From NCBI GenBank assembly GCA_004764695.1, contig SMSO01000035.1:930001-994000 (forward strand): 64,000 bases of DNA, given 5' to 3'. This DNA comes from Schizochytrium sp. TIO01. Taxonomy: Eukaryota > Protista > Bigyra: Labyrinthulomycetes. The notes under the pieces are model-generated. The model had not been told where the DNA came from and did no database searches. It was given only the letters and a program-made list of their open reading frames with translations. The translations under genes and the position numbers were made by a program. This document shows, piece after piece, positions 1-10,423 of this stretch (the first letter of the stretch is position 1; each line of letters begins with the position of its first letter).

Positions 1-151
1 CGGCACCAAAGCTATCAACGACTAATATATACGTACATATTCAACAAAACTTTCTTGCTAATAAACTGACTGAGTAATAATCTCAAGTATATCCAACGAG
101 TGCAGGTTTTGAAGTTCTTGACAAGGAGACTGAAGATTATCTTTAGCAATA

Positions 152-1591
152 ATGTTGAAGGAAACGAACAACGCATCTGGTGATGACAAATATCACAAAC
201 CCTCGTCGGTAGGCAGCGCTGCCCGCCGCTTTGTCTCTTCCACAGAGGTTTGGGCTCGCAACAATAAGCAGAACCTTGTTCGCGCTTTCATTGCCATCAC
301 TGTTGTGCTGATCATGGCTACTATGCTCTCCCAGAATAGCCAGAGTATTAAACAGGCTGACATTATCCCCGCTATGCAGCGGGATCTTGACAGTCTTGGA
401 GTGCGTGGTTCTGGCATTGCCTCATCTCAAGAAACTATCTCGAGCTCCAGATCTACTGGTTTTGCGACTCAAGAGACCGAAGATGAGGAAGAGGAGGCTG
501 CTGCTTCTGAAGAGGATGAAGGTGACTTTTCTGACGAGTCTCATGCCGAGCTCCAACTCAGTGACGATAGCTCTGCCTCTCTCAGTTCCCATGCTACTTC
601 CACAGTCTCTAGTGATGAAGATGACATGGAATCTGACGGCACCCCTGAACCAGTAGAGAAGCCTTTTGCCGAGTATACCATGGAGGAGCTTTATGAGAAC
701 TGGCAGGAGCTGCAGAGCTGCCCTGATATTACGGTGCCCAAGGTTACTAAGAAAACCTACCAATGGTGGGGTCTAAAGTCATACTCACGCATGTACACTG
801 AGCATCCCATCAAGCGCTGTGTGGCTCGTCTGCGCAAGCACATCAAGCTTGACCTCGAGGACTTCCAAGAGTTTTACAGACGCTGGGGTCGCCCTGTACT
901 TTTTCACTTTGAAAACATTCGTCACCTTGGGTTTACCATGAAGTCCTATACCCTTGACGAGCTTGCGGAGCTCTTTCCCTATGACCCGGCTAAGGCTCAG
1001 GGCATGACTTACGAAGCAAACCGCAAGTACAGCAAAACAGACGAGATTGATCTCGGACCTGCAATTCAGAACTTTAAGAGTGATGGCGAGCTTGTTCGTC
1101 AAAAGGGAGGCAAACGAAACTTTCCCCGAAACATGAAGGTCAAGCCTGAGTCGATGGTTCGCCTTGGTGTACAAATCCCCCCGCTTATTGACATGAAGGG
1201 TGCCACGACTGGTCAAATCTACCAAACCCCTTCATTGTGGATGGGTACGAGTACCTCAGGCACCCAATTTCACCATGATTGCTGTGATAACTTCGTCATG
1301 ATGATTCACGGTACTAAGCGCTTTACTCTTGCTCCCGCTACTGATTGGCACCCGCTCAGCCCGCGCTGCGTTGGTAAGTCAAAGTCTCTTTGCTATGCTA
1401 ACATCGCTGAGCCCACTGAGGATGAGTATTCCCACTTCAACAAGATGGTGGTAGATGTCCACCCTGGTGAGATTTTGTACATGCCTGCTGGTCTTTTCCA
1501 CCACATTCAGAACCTTGGTCCAACCTTGATGGTTAACGTCTGGACTCGTGGTCGTGAGACAATCGGTATTATGTCTTGCAACAAGAAGTAA
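152..1591 (+). CDS. JmjC-domain (cupin-like) Fe(II)/2-oxoglutarate oxygenase with N-terminal membrane anchor
   Basis: 479-aa ORF. Contains the JmjC motifs LWMG..SGTQFHHDCCDNF (HxD), GTKRFTL and VHPGEILYMPAGLFHHIQN (distal His). A hydrophobic segment AFIAITVVLIMATML lies near the N-terminus, followed by an acidic Ser-rich stem. Confidence 0.85.
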   Translation: MLKETNNASGDDKYHKPSSVGSAARRFVSSTEVWARNNKQNLVRAFIAITVVLIMATMLSQNSQSIKQADIIPAMQRDLDSLGVRGSGIASSQETISSSRSTGFATQETEDEEEEAAASEEDEGDFSDESHAELQLSDDSSASLSSHATSTVSSDEDDMESDGTPEPVEKPFAEYTMEELYENWQELQSCPDITVPKVTKKTYQWWGLKSYSRMYTEHPIKRCVARLRKHIKLDLEDFQEFYRRWGRPVLFHFENIRHLGFTMKSYTLDELAELFPYDPAKAQGMTYEANRKYSKTDEIDLGPAIQNFKSDGELVRQKGGKRNFPRNMKVKPESMVRLGVQIPPLIDMKGATTGQIYQTPSLWMGTSTSGTQFHHDCCDNFVMMIHGTKRFTLAPATDWHPLSPRCVGKSKSLCYANIAEPTEDEYSHFNKMVVDVHPGEILYMPAGLFHHIQNLGPTLMVNVWTRGRETIGIMSCNKK

Positions 1592-2277
1592 ACCTAGAAA
1601 GACCCACATTTGTAGCTCTTTGTAGGAGCTTCTTTCCCCCTGGAGGGCTGTCTTCATCACCAAATGTTGACACTCGACTCTGCAGCTAATATTTTGGTTG
1701 CATGAGTTGCCTGAATAGAAAAGCACGCAGCATATACTCTGGTGTTGTGATTGTTACTGTTGCTGGGCATAAACGGCGCAGATACCATGATCTTACTCGT
1801 TCTAATAATTATATTATGAAGATGTGCTAGAATCCTTACTCTTTCGTGCGCTCGTAGCATCCGTACAACTTTTTCCTTTCTATTCTTTTTTTTTTTTCCC
1901 TTAGCTCTACAAAACCAATCCACCTCCAATTAGTTAGGACTAGGTACCTAGTCGGCCCAGAGTATTTTTCATAAGCTAACTTGAAGCCTCAGGTTTGTGA
2001 TCTGCCCTTTGTATACCGCAGAAGTAGCTTCAAGTAGAAATGCGAAGGTGGTCCTCCAAGTACATACCGTGACAAGTTATTCAACCATAGCTTGAAGAGC
2101 CGCTTGCAGTTCTTCGATAACAAATTCCAACGAGTTAGCATGGTAGCTAAGAAAATCTTGAACGGTGGGACTGACTACATCGTTTTAAACTGAAGTTATG
2201 TCATCAACGCGGACCCACCTGATCCTAAATTAGGTATAAACACATATGCATAACTATGCATAACTCAAGCAGTCATA

Positions 2278-2307
2278 CATTGGCATTGGCATTGGCATTG
2301 GCATTGG
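2278..2307. repeat. (CATTGG)5 microsatellite
   Basis: Read directly from the sequence. Confidence 0.9.
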
Positions 2308-3296
2308 GCCAGGCTCGTATTACAAGAGCTTCATGTTGAAAAAACACGGAGGAAGGAATACATTATTTTTGGCTTATTTTAAAAATAAAGTGAAAGCTAT
2401 GTGTCGGCTTCTTTTGGGACCTTTCCATACCCGCAAGGACATCTCCTAAGAATTCCTTTTCTGCTAACTGACAAACTGCGCAAGTCATAATCAGGTTCAA
2501 CTAAGCTAGCCGATCTAGCTGAGATTTGACACGCGAGACTTCAAGGGAGTGGCAAATCCTAATCATTGCTCCAATCATTGCATCAGCAACTTGAGAGGGG
2601 AGTTCTAGCCCTTACTAATACTAGACACTACTGGGGATACAGCTGCTTAAGTAGTAATTTATTCAATATTGAGGAGGGTGTGTACCTTATCCTTTTACTT
2701 CTTTAAAGGTTAAGTTGTCCTACCTGGGTCGCCACTTCTTCCCGCTCCATCTCCATTTCCATTGTTGACCTCCAGAGTTGTCAAATATTAGGGACTCATT
2801 ACAGTCAAACAGAAGGCAGATTAGGGCGTGTACAAAGACGGACAAGTTTCATAGAACAATCTATTTACCTCAATAACCACTTGTTAAAAATCCAAGACAC
2901 TTGAGATATTACGGTGCATTTTCATATCTTTGGGACATCGTCTACAGTGTGGGAGTGTTGGGTCGGCGCTTTAGTGAATTGGTTTTTCGTCCACCTTGTG
3001 CGTGACCAGTGGTGTCTCTTTGCATACACAGCTAGAGAAGTGGTTGTTGCATCTTGAACTTTACATTTATTCACGCGAGAATAGATTTCACTCGAGATAA
3101 GTAAAGGCTCTATATTTTTTGAGTACTAGAACCACTAGAACCAAGCACCATATTAGAAGAAAGTTATTCAGAGTTGAAAAGTGCATTAACATTAAAAGTC
3201 ATCTCTCAGTAACAGCAAAACCAAATTCGGCGGAGGCACAAAACTCTGAGTCGCAGTTCAGTCTTTTGGGAAAGTACGACTAGAAGGGAGAGACCA

Positions 3297-5680
3297 ATGC
3301 AGCTATCCCCCAAAAGGCACATTTCTTTACAACGTCAAGCATGCGTCATCGCCCTCACGCTGCTGCTAGCGTGTTCAGCCACTGTTCGTGCAGATGTTTA
3401 CATGCACAATCCACGCGGTAGCAACGACCGCAATTGCAACAACAGTAACAATCAAGCTCGTGCGAACGGTAATCGCCTATTTGACTCACAAAACAATGCA
3501 AATGGGGGTTATAGTTGCCCACGAGCATACCCATTCGACTGCTATACGTATGTCGATAATGCAACACTTCGGGCAGAGTGTAATGCACAAAATACTGACC
3601 TCACGGATGAGGCGGCGAAGGCTGCAGTCAATGAGACAGGGTTCCTTGTCAATTCAAACGCAATTAATACACCCAAAATGTACTATTACACAAATAGCAT
3701 TCTTTCTATTGAGTGGACAGATCAGCATGGCAGCGGATCTAACGGCAAAGTCAATTCTGATATGGTTATTCAGGTGGCATGTGAGGATGACGAAGCCGGA
3801 ACTTTCACAATGACAGACAATTGTGGTAACAGTACCTTGGGAAAAATTGCTATCCCCGTGATGGAACGCCTATCAATAATCAGGATACTACAAACACTCA
3901 AACAATACCAGATGACCTTGACTCACAGGATGACTATCGGTATGGTCGACATGAAAGCTACGCGTTTTATCAATTTTGTAAGAATGTAGAACGTAATATG
4001 GGCCTTTTCACCGCTGATCAGAGTCTTACTTCAAATGAGCGCGACGCTCGGTTCACTCGGCAAAATCCGAATGGACAGCGGTACGGATTTGAATGCCCAG
4101 AGGAATCCGAGTATTACCCTTGGTGGGCACCTAGCCCATGGATTGACGTGGCTATTGTTACCTCAAATATGGACAGGTGCCAAGAAAAAGTGAAACAATC
4201 TCAGAATACTAAAACAAAGTATTACTGTGTTTGCTCCAGTTGCACAAATACCGGAAGTCTACCAAATAACGAACGCAGCTGCATCGAAGAAGGTGGAACA
4301 TGGACAAGCCACCCTTCATGGAACACAGTATATGACGGAGTTACTGCTCCTGAATGTGTCTCAGGTGCCTTCTCGCGCGATAATCACCTAGGAAATGTCG
4401 CAGGGAATGGTCAAAATTACTTTTACAACTGGACAATTCCGTCGTATCTTGCTGGGAAGAAAACTTGTGTATTGCGAATTCGTTATAATATTTCTACTAC
4501 AGACTTTGACGAGATTAGTGTATATGGTGACTCTGTGTCGAATGATGAATTAAGTCCAATCCGAGATCGAAACGAAAATCCTGAAGATGTATTTGTCGCT
4601 TTAAAAAACCTTTGCACGAGCGAAAATTGTAGCCTAGGTATGGCCATCAACTCTGACCAAATTGGACGAACCTTTCAAGACCGCTCTTACTCATTTGAGG
4701 TAAAATCACGGCCCGGTGACCCAAAATGTGAGAAAATATATAATCTTAACGTACGCGGGAAACGTGGAAATATCGTTCAGGTATATCCAGCAGTTGAGTA
4801 TGATTTCATTCCAAATAAGCTGGTGATTACTGAAGATGATTGTGTCCATGTACAGTGGACCGGCTCAGATTACAACCCAGCAAGAGACCCGAACAATGGA
4901 GAAGGTGGGCCACCAAATCCAAACAATCTAGATGAAGGTAAGACAGATCGCTCAAATCTAGTTCAGATGAGTTCAGAAAGCGGAAATTACATGATTACCG
5001 ATGCGAGCAGGTTCAACATGTTTGAAACTACTAAAGATACATACAAGAGACTTGCATTCTTAGATCAAAGTGTTGAAGACTCCTCCACATGCTTGCCGAT
5101 CAGCACACTTCGCTCACTTCATGATAATAACAACGATGATGCAGACCGCGATTATCGTAACTGTATGAAATTGAGTGGAGCCAAAACACCTTACTTTGAT
5201 GCTGGTTTGCTCAAGTCGAAAAAGGGAACTTATCAGTACATGAGTACTCGAAACAACAATTTTTCCAACCGATCGCAAAAGGGTAAACTGATGGTCGAAG
5301 CAGGTGGGCTTTCAGGAGGTGCAATTGCTGGTATTGCTCTCGGTACTATGATTGGCACTGCTGGTCTCGCTGCAGCCGCCTTTGTTTTCTTAATCCGTCC
5401 TCGAATGGCTCAGAAGAGTGCCGGATCTAAAGGTCTTGCTGCTGCAGGAGGCGCGCCTATAGTTGCCGGAGCATCCGGAACTGCAACGACTGCTATTGCG
5501 GCATATGAACACAAAGCAAGCGAAGCTGGGGAGTTATCTTTTCAGCCAGGGGACAAAATCCATATTCTGCGACAAGACCCTTCGGGATGGTGGGAAGGAC
5601 GCCTTGACAATGGCAATGTTGGGATATTCCCCAGTAACTACGTCAATGTCACCCCTAGTACATCTGTTTCTAAAGTTTAA
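3297..5680 (+). CDS. DD3-3-family type I membrane protein with C-terminal SH3 domain (reading frame disrupted at ~3830-3857)
   Basis: A signal peptide is followed by DD3-3-like ADVYMHNPRGSNDR, RLFDSQNN.NGGY and IEWTDQHG. The second frame is open from 3830 and reads ..RDG..YGRHESY.FYQFC..ERNMGLFTADQ, TRQNPNGQRYGFECPEE..YYPWW.PSPW, CVLRIRYNIST and NVRGKRGNIVQVYPAVEYDF. Then a TM helix GAIAGIALGTMIGTAGLAAAAFVFLI and an SH3 domain AYEH..ELSFQPGD.I..SGWWEG..GIFPSNYV. Confidence 0.8.
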
Positions 5681-6496
5681 CTTTCATTCGTGTTTCAATT
5701 GATTACGACAGTTGAAGGCACAGCGGAGCCTGCTCTCTCTTTTCTATGCATAATGGAAGAAAGACTCCAATATCTTAAGATTCGTTTTACTATGCAAAGG
5801 ATAGAGAAGGAGTGATCTTCAAATTTAAATGTGAAGACTACGTACGATAGTTAGATAGGTCAGAATTGACGGGAGTAGTGCAGATAAAGAAAGAATGTCT
5901 TAATTAAAATAAAGTTGGCAATATTTGACTTGACTATTAGAAAAAAATATGTTGGTAAGACCTTGTACCACTGTAAGGCCTGAAGGATTAAGTTGTCAGG
6001 GATCATAACTAGATAAACCAGCCGTTGTGAGAAACAAAAACCTTTAAGATTATAAAACTAGGTACAAAGTTTAAAGAAGATTGATAGGAGAAAATTGAAT
6101 TGGTAGATAAGGAGATAAAGAGACCTATGAATATTGTGTGGTGCGGAAACTAAGTCTAGCTTTTATAAATATAAAGCAGTGCACCTTCGAATGTATTTAA
6201 AGTCAGCAGGTTGCTAATTCAGATAAGTTATAAGCTTACAAAGCATTAAAAAAAATGTGTTCGATACTTATCATATCTTGTTTTATTTTGCGACTCGTCT
6301 GTTAATCAATAATCTGCCAGTCACAGTCAAATTGCTTCCTTGAACTGAAGCATCGACGAGTTAATACAAGCACTAGAACTAAAAGTTACAAGGGATATTG
6401 TGGTCAAAGCTTACATTCGAAAATTGTTCTGCTGAGAAGCATCAATTTCACCTTCTCTTAGTTGCAGTTTCTTTATATAGATTTAATCGAAAGAAT

Positions 6497-8113
6497 TTAA
6501 TTAGCGTACACTCGTCCTCCGCGCGAATTGTCTTGATATACACCGTGAACCTGCATCGGCATATCAATGGGAAGGCGGAGGATGGCCTCAGTCTTCATTG
6601 TTTGGGCATTCAAGACGACGAATTTTGAAACTGAGATCTTTTCATTGTAAATAATGAAAGTAATTATACCTTCATCTTCTTTAGCGGAATCCTGAGACGA
6701 GGGGGAGACAGCTGGAATCATACGCGGTTCGCCAACAACATAGTCTTCTGGAGGGTCCCATGCTAAGACATGATCTTGATTCAAACTACTTTTGCTACTA
6801 ACCTTGGCGAGGTCGAACTTGACTATTTGGTTTGCCCAAAGTGTTTCGCCCTTGCCGGCTCCACTCCACACAAAACGGTGTCGCTTCATTCGATATAAAG
6901 GATTCACAACAGGCAATTCGAAGGGATATTGAAAGAGGTTTGAGCATGAGCAAGTCGGTGCTTTATCCGATGTCAAATGAACGTTTTTCAAAGGTAAGCC
7001 TCGGAGAATGCATCTTTTGTAAAAATAGTTGATGGATTCGGCCTCAAATGGAGCAGTTGTATTTGGCCGTGCAAAAATGGGCTTATAGCCTTCATGAAAC
7101 ACATCATTCGTACGGTCATTTAGCAGCCCCGAATCCGATGCCACAGAATCGACAACAATTTCTTGACTAAGTGATCGCGTATAGGAGTTAATTATGTGGA
7201 AACTGCTGAAGGCTTCATTGCATTCCATTGTATAGGTGCCTTTATGTTTGCGACTTGCAGCTGTAATTTGTACATTGACATTCTTTTTAAAGTGAAGGAA
7301 GTTAGATAATGATGAGATATCTAAAGATGGGCCGGGGCGTTCACTAAGGACGCGATAAAGAACGTAATCCTCTGTAAGTCCAACACTATGTGCGATCCAA
7401 ATCGCTGGAGCCCATAACGATCCCAATGTTTCTCTTCTCAACGCCCCACGATTGTCATGAAACTCCTGGACCAGGTCAAACTCACCCACAAGCTCCATTT
7501 TTTTTAGATCGAGACGAACTTTCTTTGGGCCAACATAATTGAAAATCTCTCCAGTATGTGGATCGACAGCAGGGTGAGCAGCGCCGATCGGACCAACAGG
7601 GTCGCTCTTGTGTGCAAAAGTCGTGGCAAGTGTAGCTGGGTCAATCTTATGACGGTATGCTGAGTCAGAGGTTGCAAAGAGACTACCATTCGAAGGATAC
7701 AGATTGATTGGAGTATTGTCAACAAGAACCCCATGCGGGTGTTGAAATATTGATGACCAACTCATTGGTGTGGCAAATGTCAGTGAATCATACTGTCCAC
7801 GGTCACGAAGACGAGCAAACGTTTCGCTTTCCATAATTCGGGTGGACATAGTAACTTCGCCAGCGTCGAAGCTTAGCGCAGTCACTCCTCCTAAACCGTC
7901 AAAGAAATGCTCGGTGATAAGATTGATTCCAAACTCTCGAAAATCATGCACAGAAGGGCCATTAATGAAGAGGGTTCCTGCTACCCAACTTGGTACCTCA
8001 CCTTCCTCAAGATGGACTTTTTGCTGGGTAACTTCCTGCATATTTAGCTGCATACCTTGCACAGGATTATTTGCAACAGCGCAGACAATGAAACATGTAT
8101 AAAATAATCGCAT
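6497..8113 (-). CDS. Carotenoid cleavage oxygenase (RPE65/BCO family)
   Basis: Motifs EGEVPSWVAGTLFINGP, HFFDGLG and FELP.VNP..GEP..EDEG are present, as are the four candidate iron-binding His (AAHP, IAHSVG, SFHIINSY, QVHG). The first ATG is at 8113; the ORF-track start at 8188 is non-ATG. Confidence 0.9.
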   Translation of the reverse strand: MRLFYTCFIVCAVANNPVQGMQLNMQEVTQQKVHLEEGEVPSWVAGTLFINGPSVHDFREFGINLITEHFFDGLGGVTALSFDAGEVTMSTRIMESETFARLRDRGQYDSLTFATPMSWSSIFQHPHGVLVDNTPINLYPSNGSLFATSDSAYRHKIDPATLATTFAHKSDPVGPIGAAHPAVDPHTGEIFNYVGPKKVRLDLKKMELVGEFDLVQEFHDNRGALRRETLGSLWAPAIWIAHSVGLTEDYVLYRVLSERPGPSLDISSLSNFLHFKKNVNVQITAASRKHKGTYTMECNEAFSSFHIINSYTRSLSQEIVVDSVASDSGLLNDRTNDVFHEGYKPIFARPNTTAPFEAESINYFYKRCILRGLPLKNVHLTSDKAPTCSCSNLFQYPFELPVVNPLYRMKRHRFVWSGAGKGETLWANQIVKFDLAKVSSKSSLNQDHVLAWDPPEDYVVGEPRMIPAVSPSSQDSAKEDEGIITFIIYNEKISVSKFVVLNAQTMKTEAILRLPIDMPMQVHGVYQDNSRGGRVYAN

Positions 8114-10423
8114 CTTATTCTGAAAAGAGTTATAATGATCGCGATGCCGGCAAGCAAAGGCCTCAGTTCTAATGATACTTTGGTTCAAAATAGTAAAGCC
8201 TCACTCTGGTTGCACCGTGGGTATGGAACCTTTTGATGTAGGTTGTGCCACTCTTTGAATGTGATTTATGGCTAAACTTTCACCGGGACTTTAGAATGGT
8301 TGCGCCTGTGCTTTATATTTCTTTCCACTTCTCGTCCATATTGAGGAACTGTTTGCAGGAATTCAGAAGTAAGATTTTGATTGACTAAGAGTCTAACTGG
8401 TTATAAAGTCGATTGATAATATTTCCACAAGGTTTGAGATCAATGCCGTTTTGATAATGTCCAGCTGTTCATGCAAGCTGTCTCTTTAGCTTGCTGCCCA
8501 AACTCTGCAAGTCTCTTTTAATTATACAACAGTACCTCTAGCAGCTGATCGATCGGTGACGCCACAGGCTGCCACAACTGTGCGAAATCGTGGAACTTCA
8601 TGCATGAATACTATCCGTTGTTAGTAGTGAAGTAAAGAATTTTATTCGTGCAACTTACATTTTGTTTTCCTAACTTGCGGGCGTCTACTGTAAACACTGA
8701 CATGTTACTATTACTAGATAGATGTCTTCGTGTTTATGATGGTTTTATTTTCTATAAGGACTCTTGCGCTCCTGTTCTTCGTTCTTCCAAAGGAGTCAAA
8801 GGACATCCATTACCTTGAACATGCTTCCTTGTTTCTAATGTACTGCTCTGGCTTTCAACAATGAGGCTTCGTTTGACGCAAAATAAAAAACAAACAACAG
8901 CAAATCCGTTGCACTGCGTGCAGGTTACTGTGCAAAAGTGTCTACGCCTTGCTTTCTCCCCCCCAGACACTATTCCTGAAACTGTACAGAGCTACCGCAG
9001 TACCCCGTAGCTGTGACAGGACTAAGTATTACATTGATGTGCTATTAATGCACAGCGACATCATCAATACATCGATGATGCAAACGAAGGAACTAGCCCT
9101 CGCTCATAGTACTGCTCTTTGGGCCGGGATGCTTGCTTGCTTGCTTGCTTTCTTGCTTTCTTGCTTTCTTGGAACAACTTGATGTAGAGCGCTTGAAGAA
9201 AAACTCAGTAGTTGAAACATTGAGTCTACTGCTAGGTGGTACTCCACAGCATGGCAACAAAAGTGTGCACCAAATGGACTTTGACTCCAGGCCTTTCTTA
9301 TCTCCGAAACAGCTCTTGGCATGATGATAGTCAGTGGTTTGCTTCTTTGGTTAGGCAATGTTTCAAGGTAGCATGAGGGGATGAGTTACAAACAAGTTTC
9401 GCACAAGCACCGTAAGAAGGAACAACCCTAGTGTCGGTTTGGAGAGGGCTCACCAAAAAAATGAAAAAAAATAAAAAAATAAAAAAATGAAAATCCGCTA
9501 TCGACAAAGGTCCCTGACTATAACTAACATCATTAACAATACATGTTGGCAAATCGTTTTCGTGTCTTATACCTCAGCATTAGTTTGATCAAACTCCTCA
9601 CTGTCTTCCCACTGCATCTTCTTGACGGTGCGCAATTCTGCTCTCGTCTTTAAACTTTGTCTAGGATGCGGGCGGTGAACTAGTAGTCCAACTTCGTAAC
9701 GGGCACACAAGCACGATTGCGGAACTCATGAAGAACTAGCTCCTCTTAGGTAGAAAGCTAGCTACCTTCATTGGTAGTATGCCGAAGAGGACAATCAATG
9801 CAAAGAATACGATGTTTTGACTCAGGTGCTAGGCGCAGCTTCGCTTTGACTTTAACTATACGAGTTGCTAAAAGCAACCTTAATCTTCGACTTGGGTCAA
9901 AACCCAAGTCGAAACCAGAAGGATTCCATGTGCTCTCGGAGTGAGGACTAAATTTTTCACTGGCGATGCGACCAAGAACCCAATAATAGGAAATACTGCC
10001 TGGCAAAGCTAACTGAGATTTCAATTTCGGAGTGTCTTTTGAATTATAGCATTTGATTTGAATCTTCAGATTACTTCAAGTTAGGCATCCAGATTAAGTT
10101 TTTGAGTACCTACCAAACTACCTTGATATCGCCGGCACGTGCGTGGGAGTTGTGGTGTATATATTAACTGAACACAACAATACACAACTAATAATATTTG
10201 ATATACGTAGGGTCTGGTATTACTCTTAAATATGGTACACATGGAAGCATTACTTTGAAACTAAGGTTTATAGAGTTTGGGCGCAGCTTCGTTGTTCTTT
10301 GCACAACTGCGCGCAGCAGACTCCAAATTCTAGAGAGAGCTGTCTACCACTCTTCTCTTGTACTGTTGCGAGGTAATCGAAAGCTGAGAGCGGCAGGTGT
10401 CCTCTGAGAGGGTTGCACGAGAT

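Noticed and set aside
3297-3989. Treating ORFs 3297-3989 and 3998-5680 as two genes
   Set aside because: DD3-3 motifs run continuously across the frame switch, so they form one gene.
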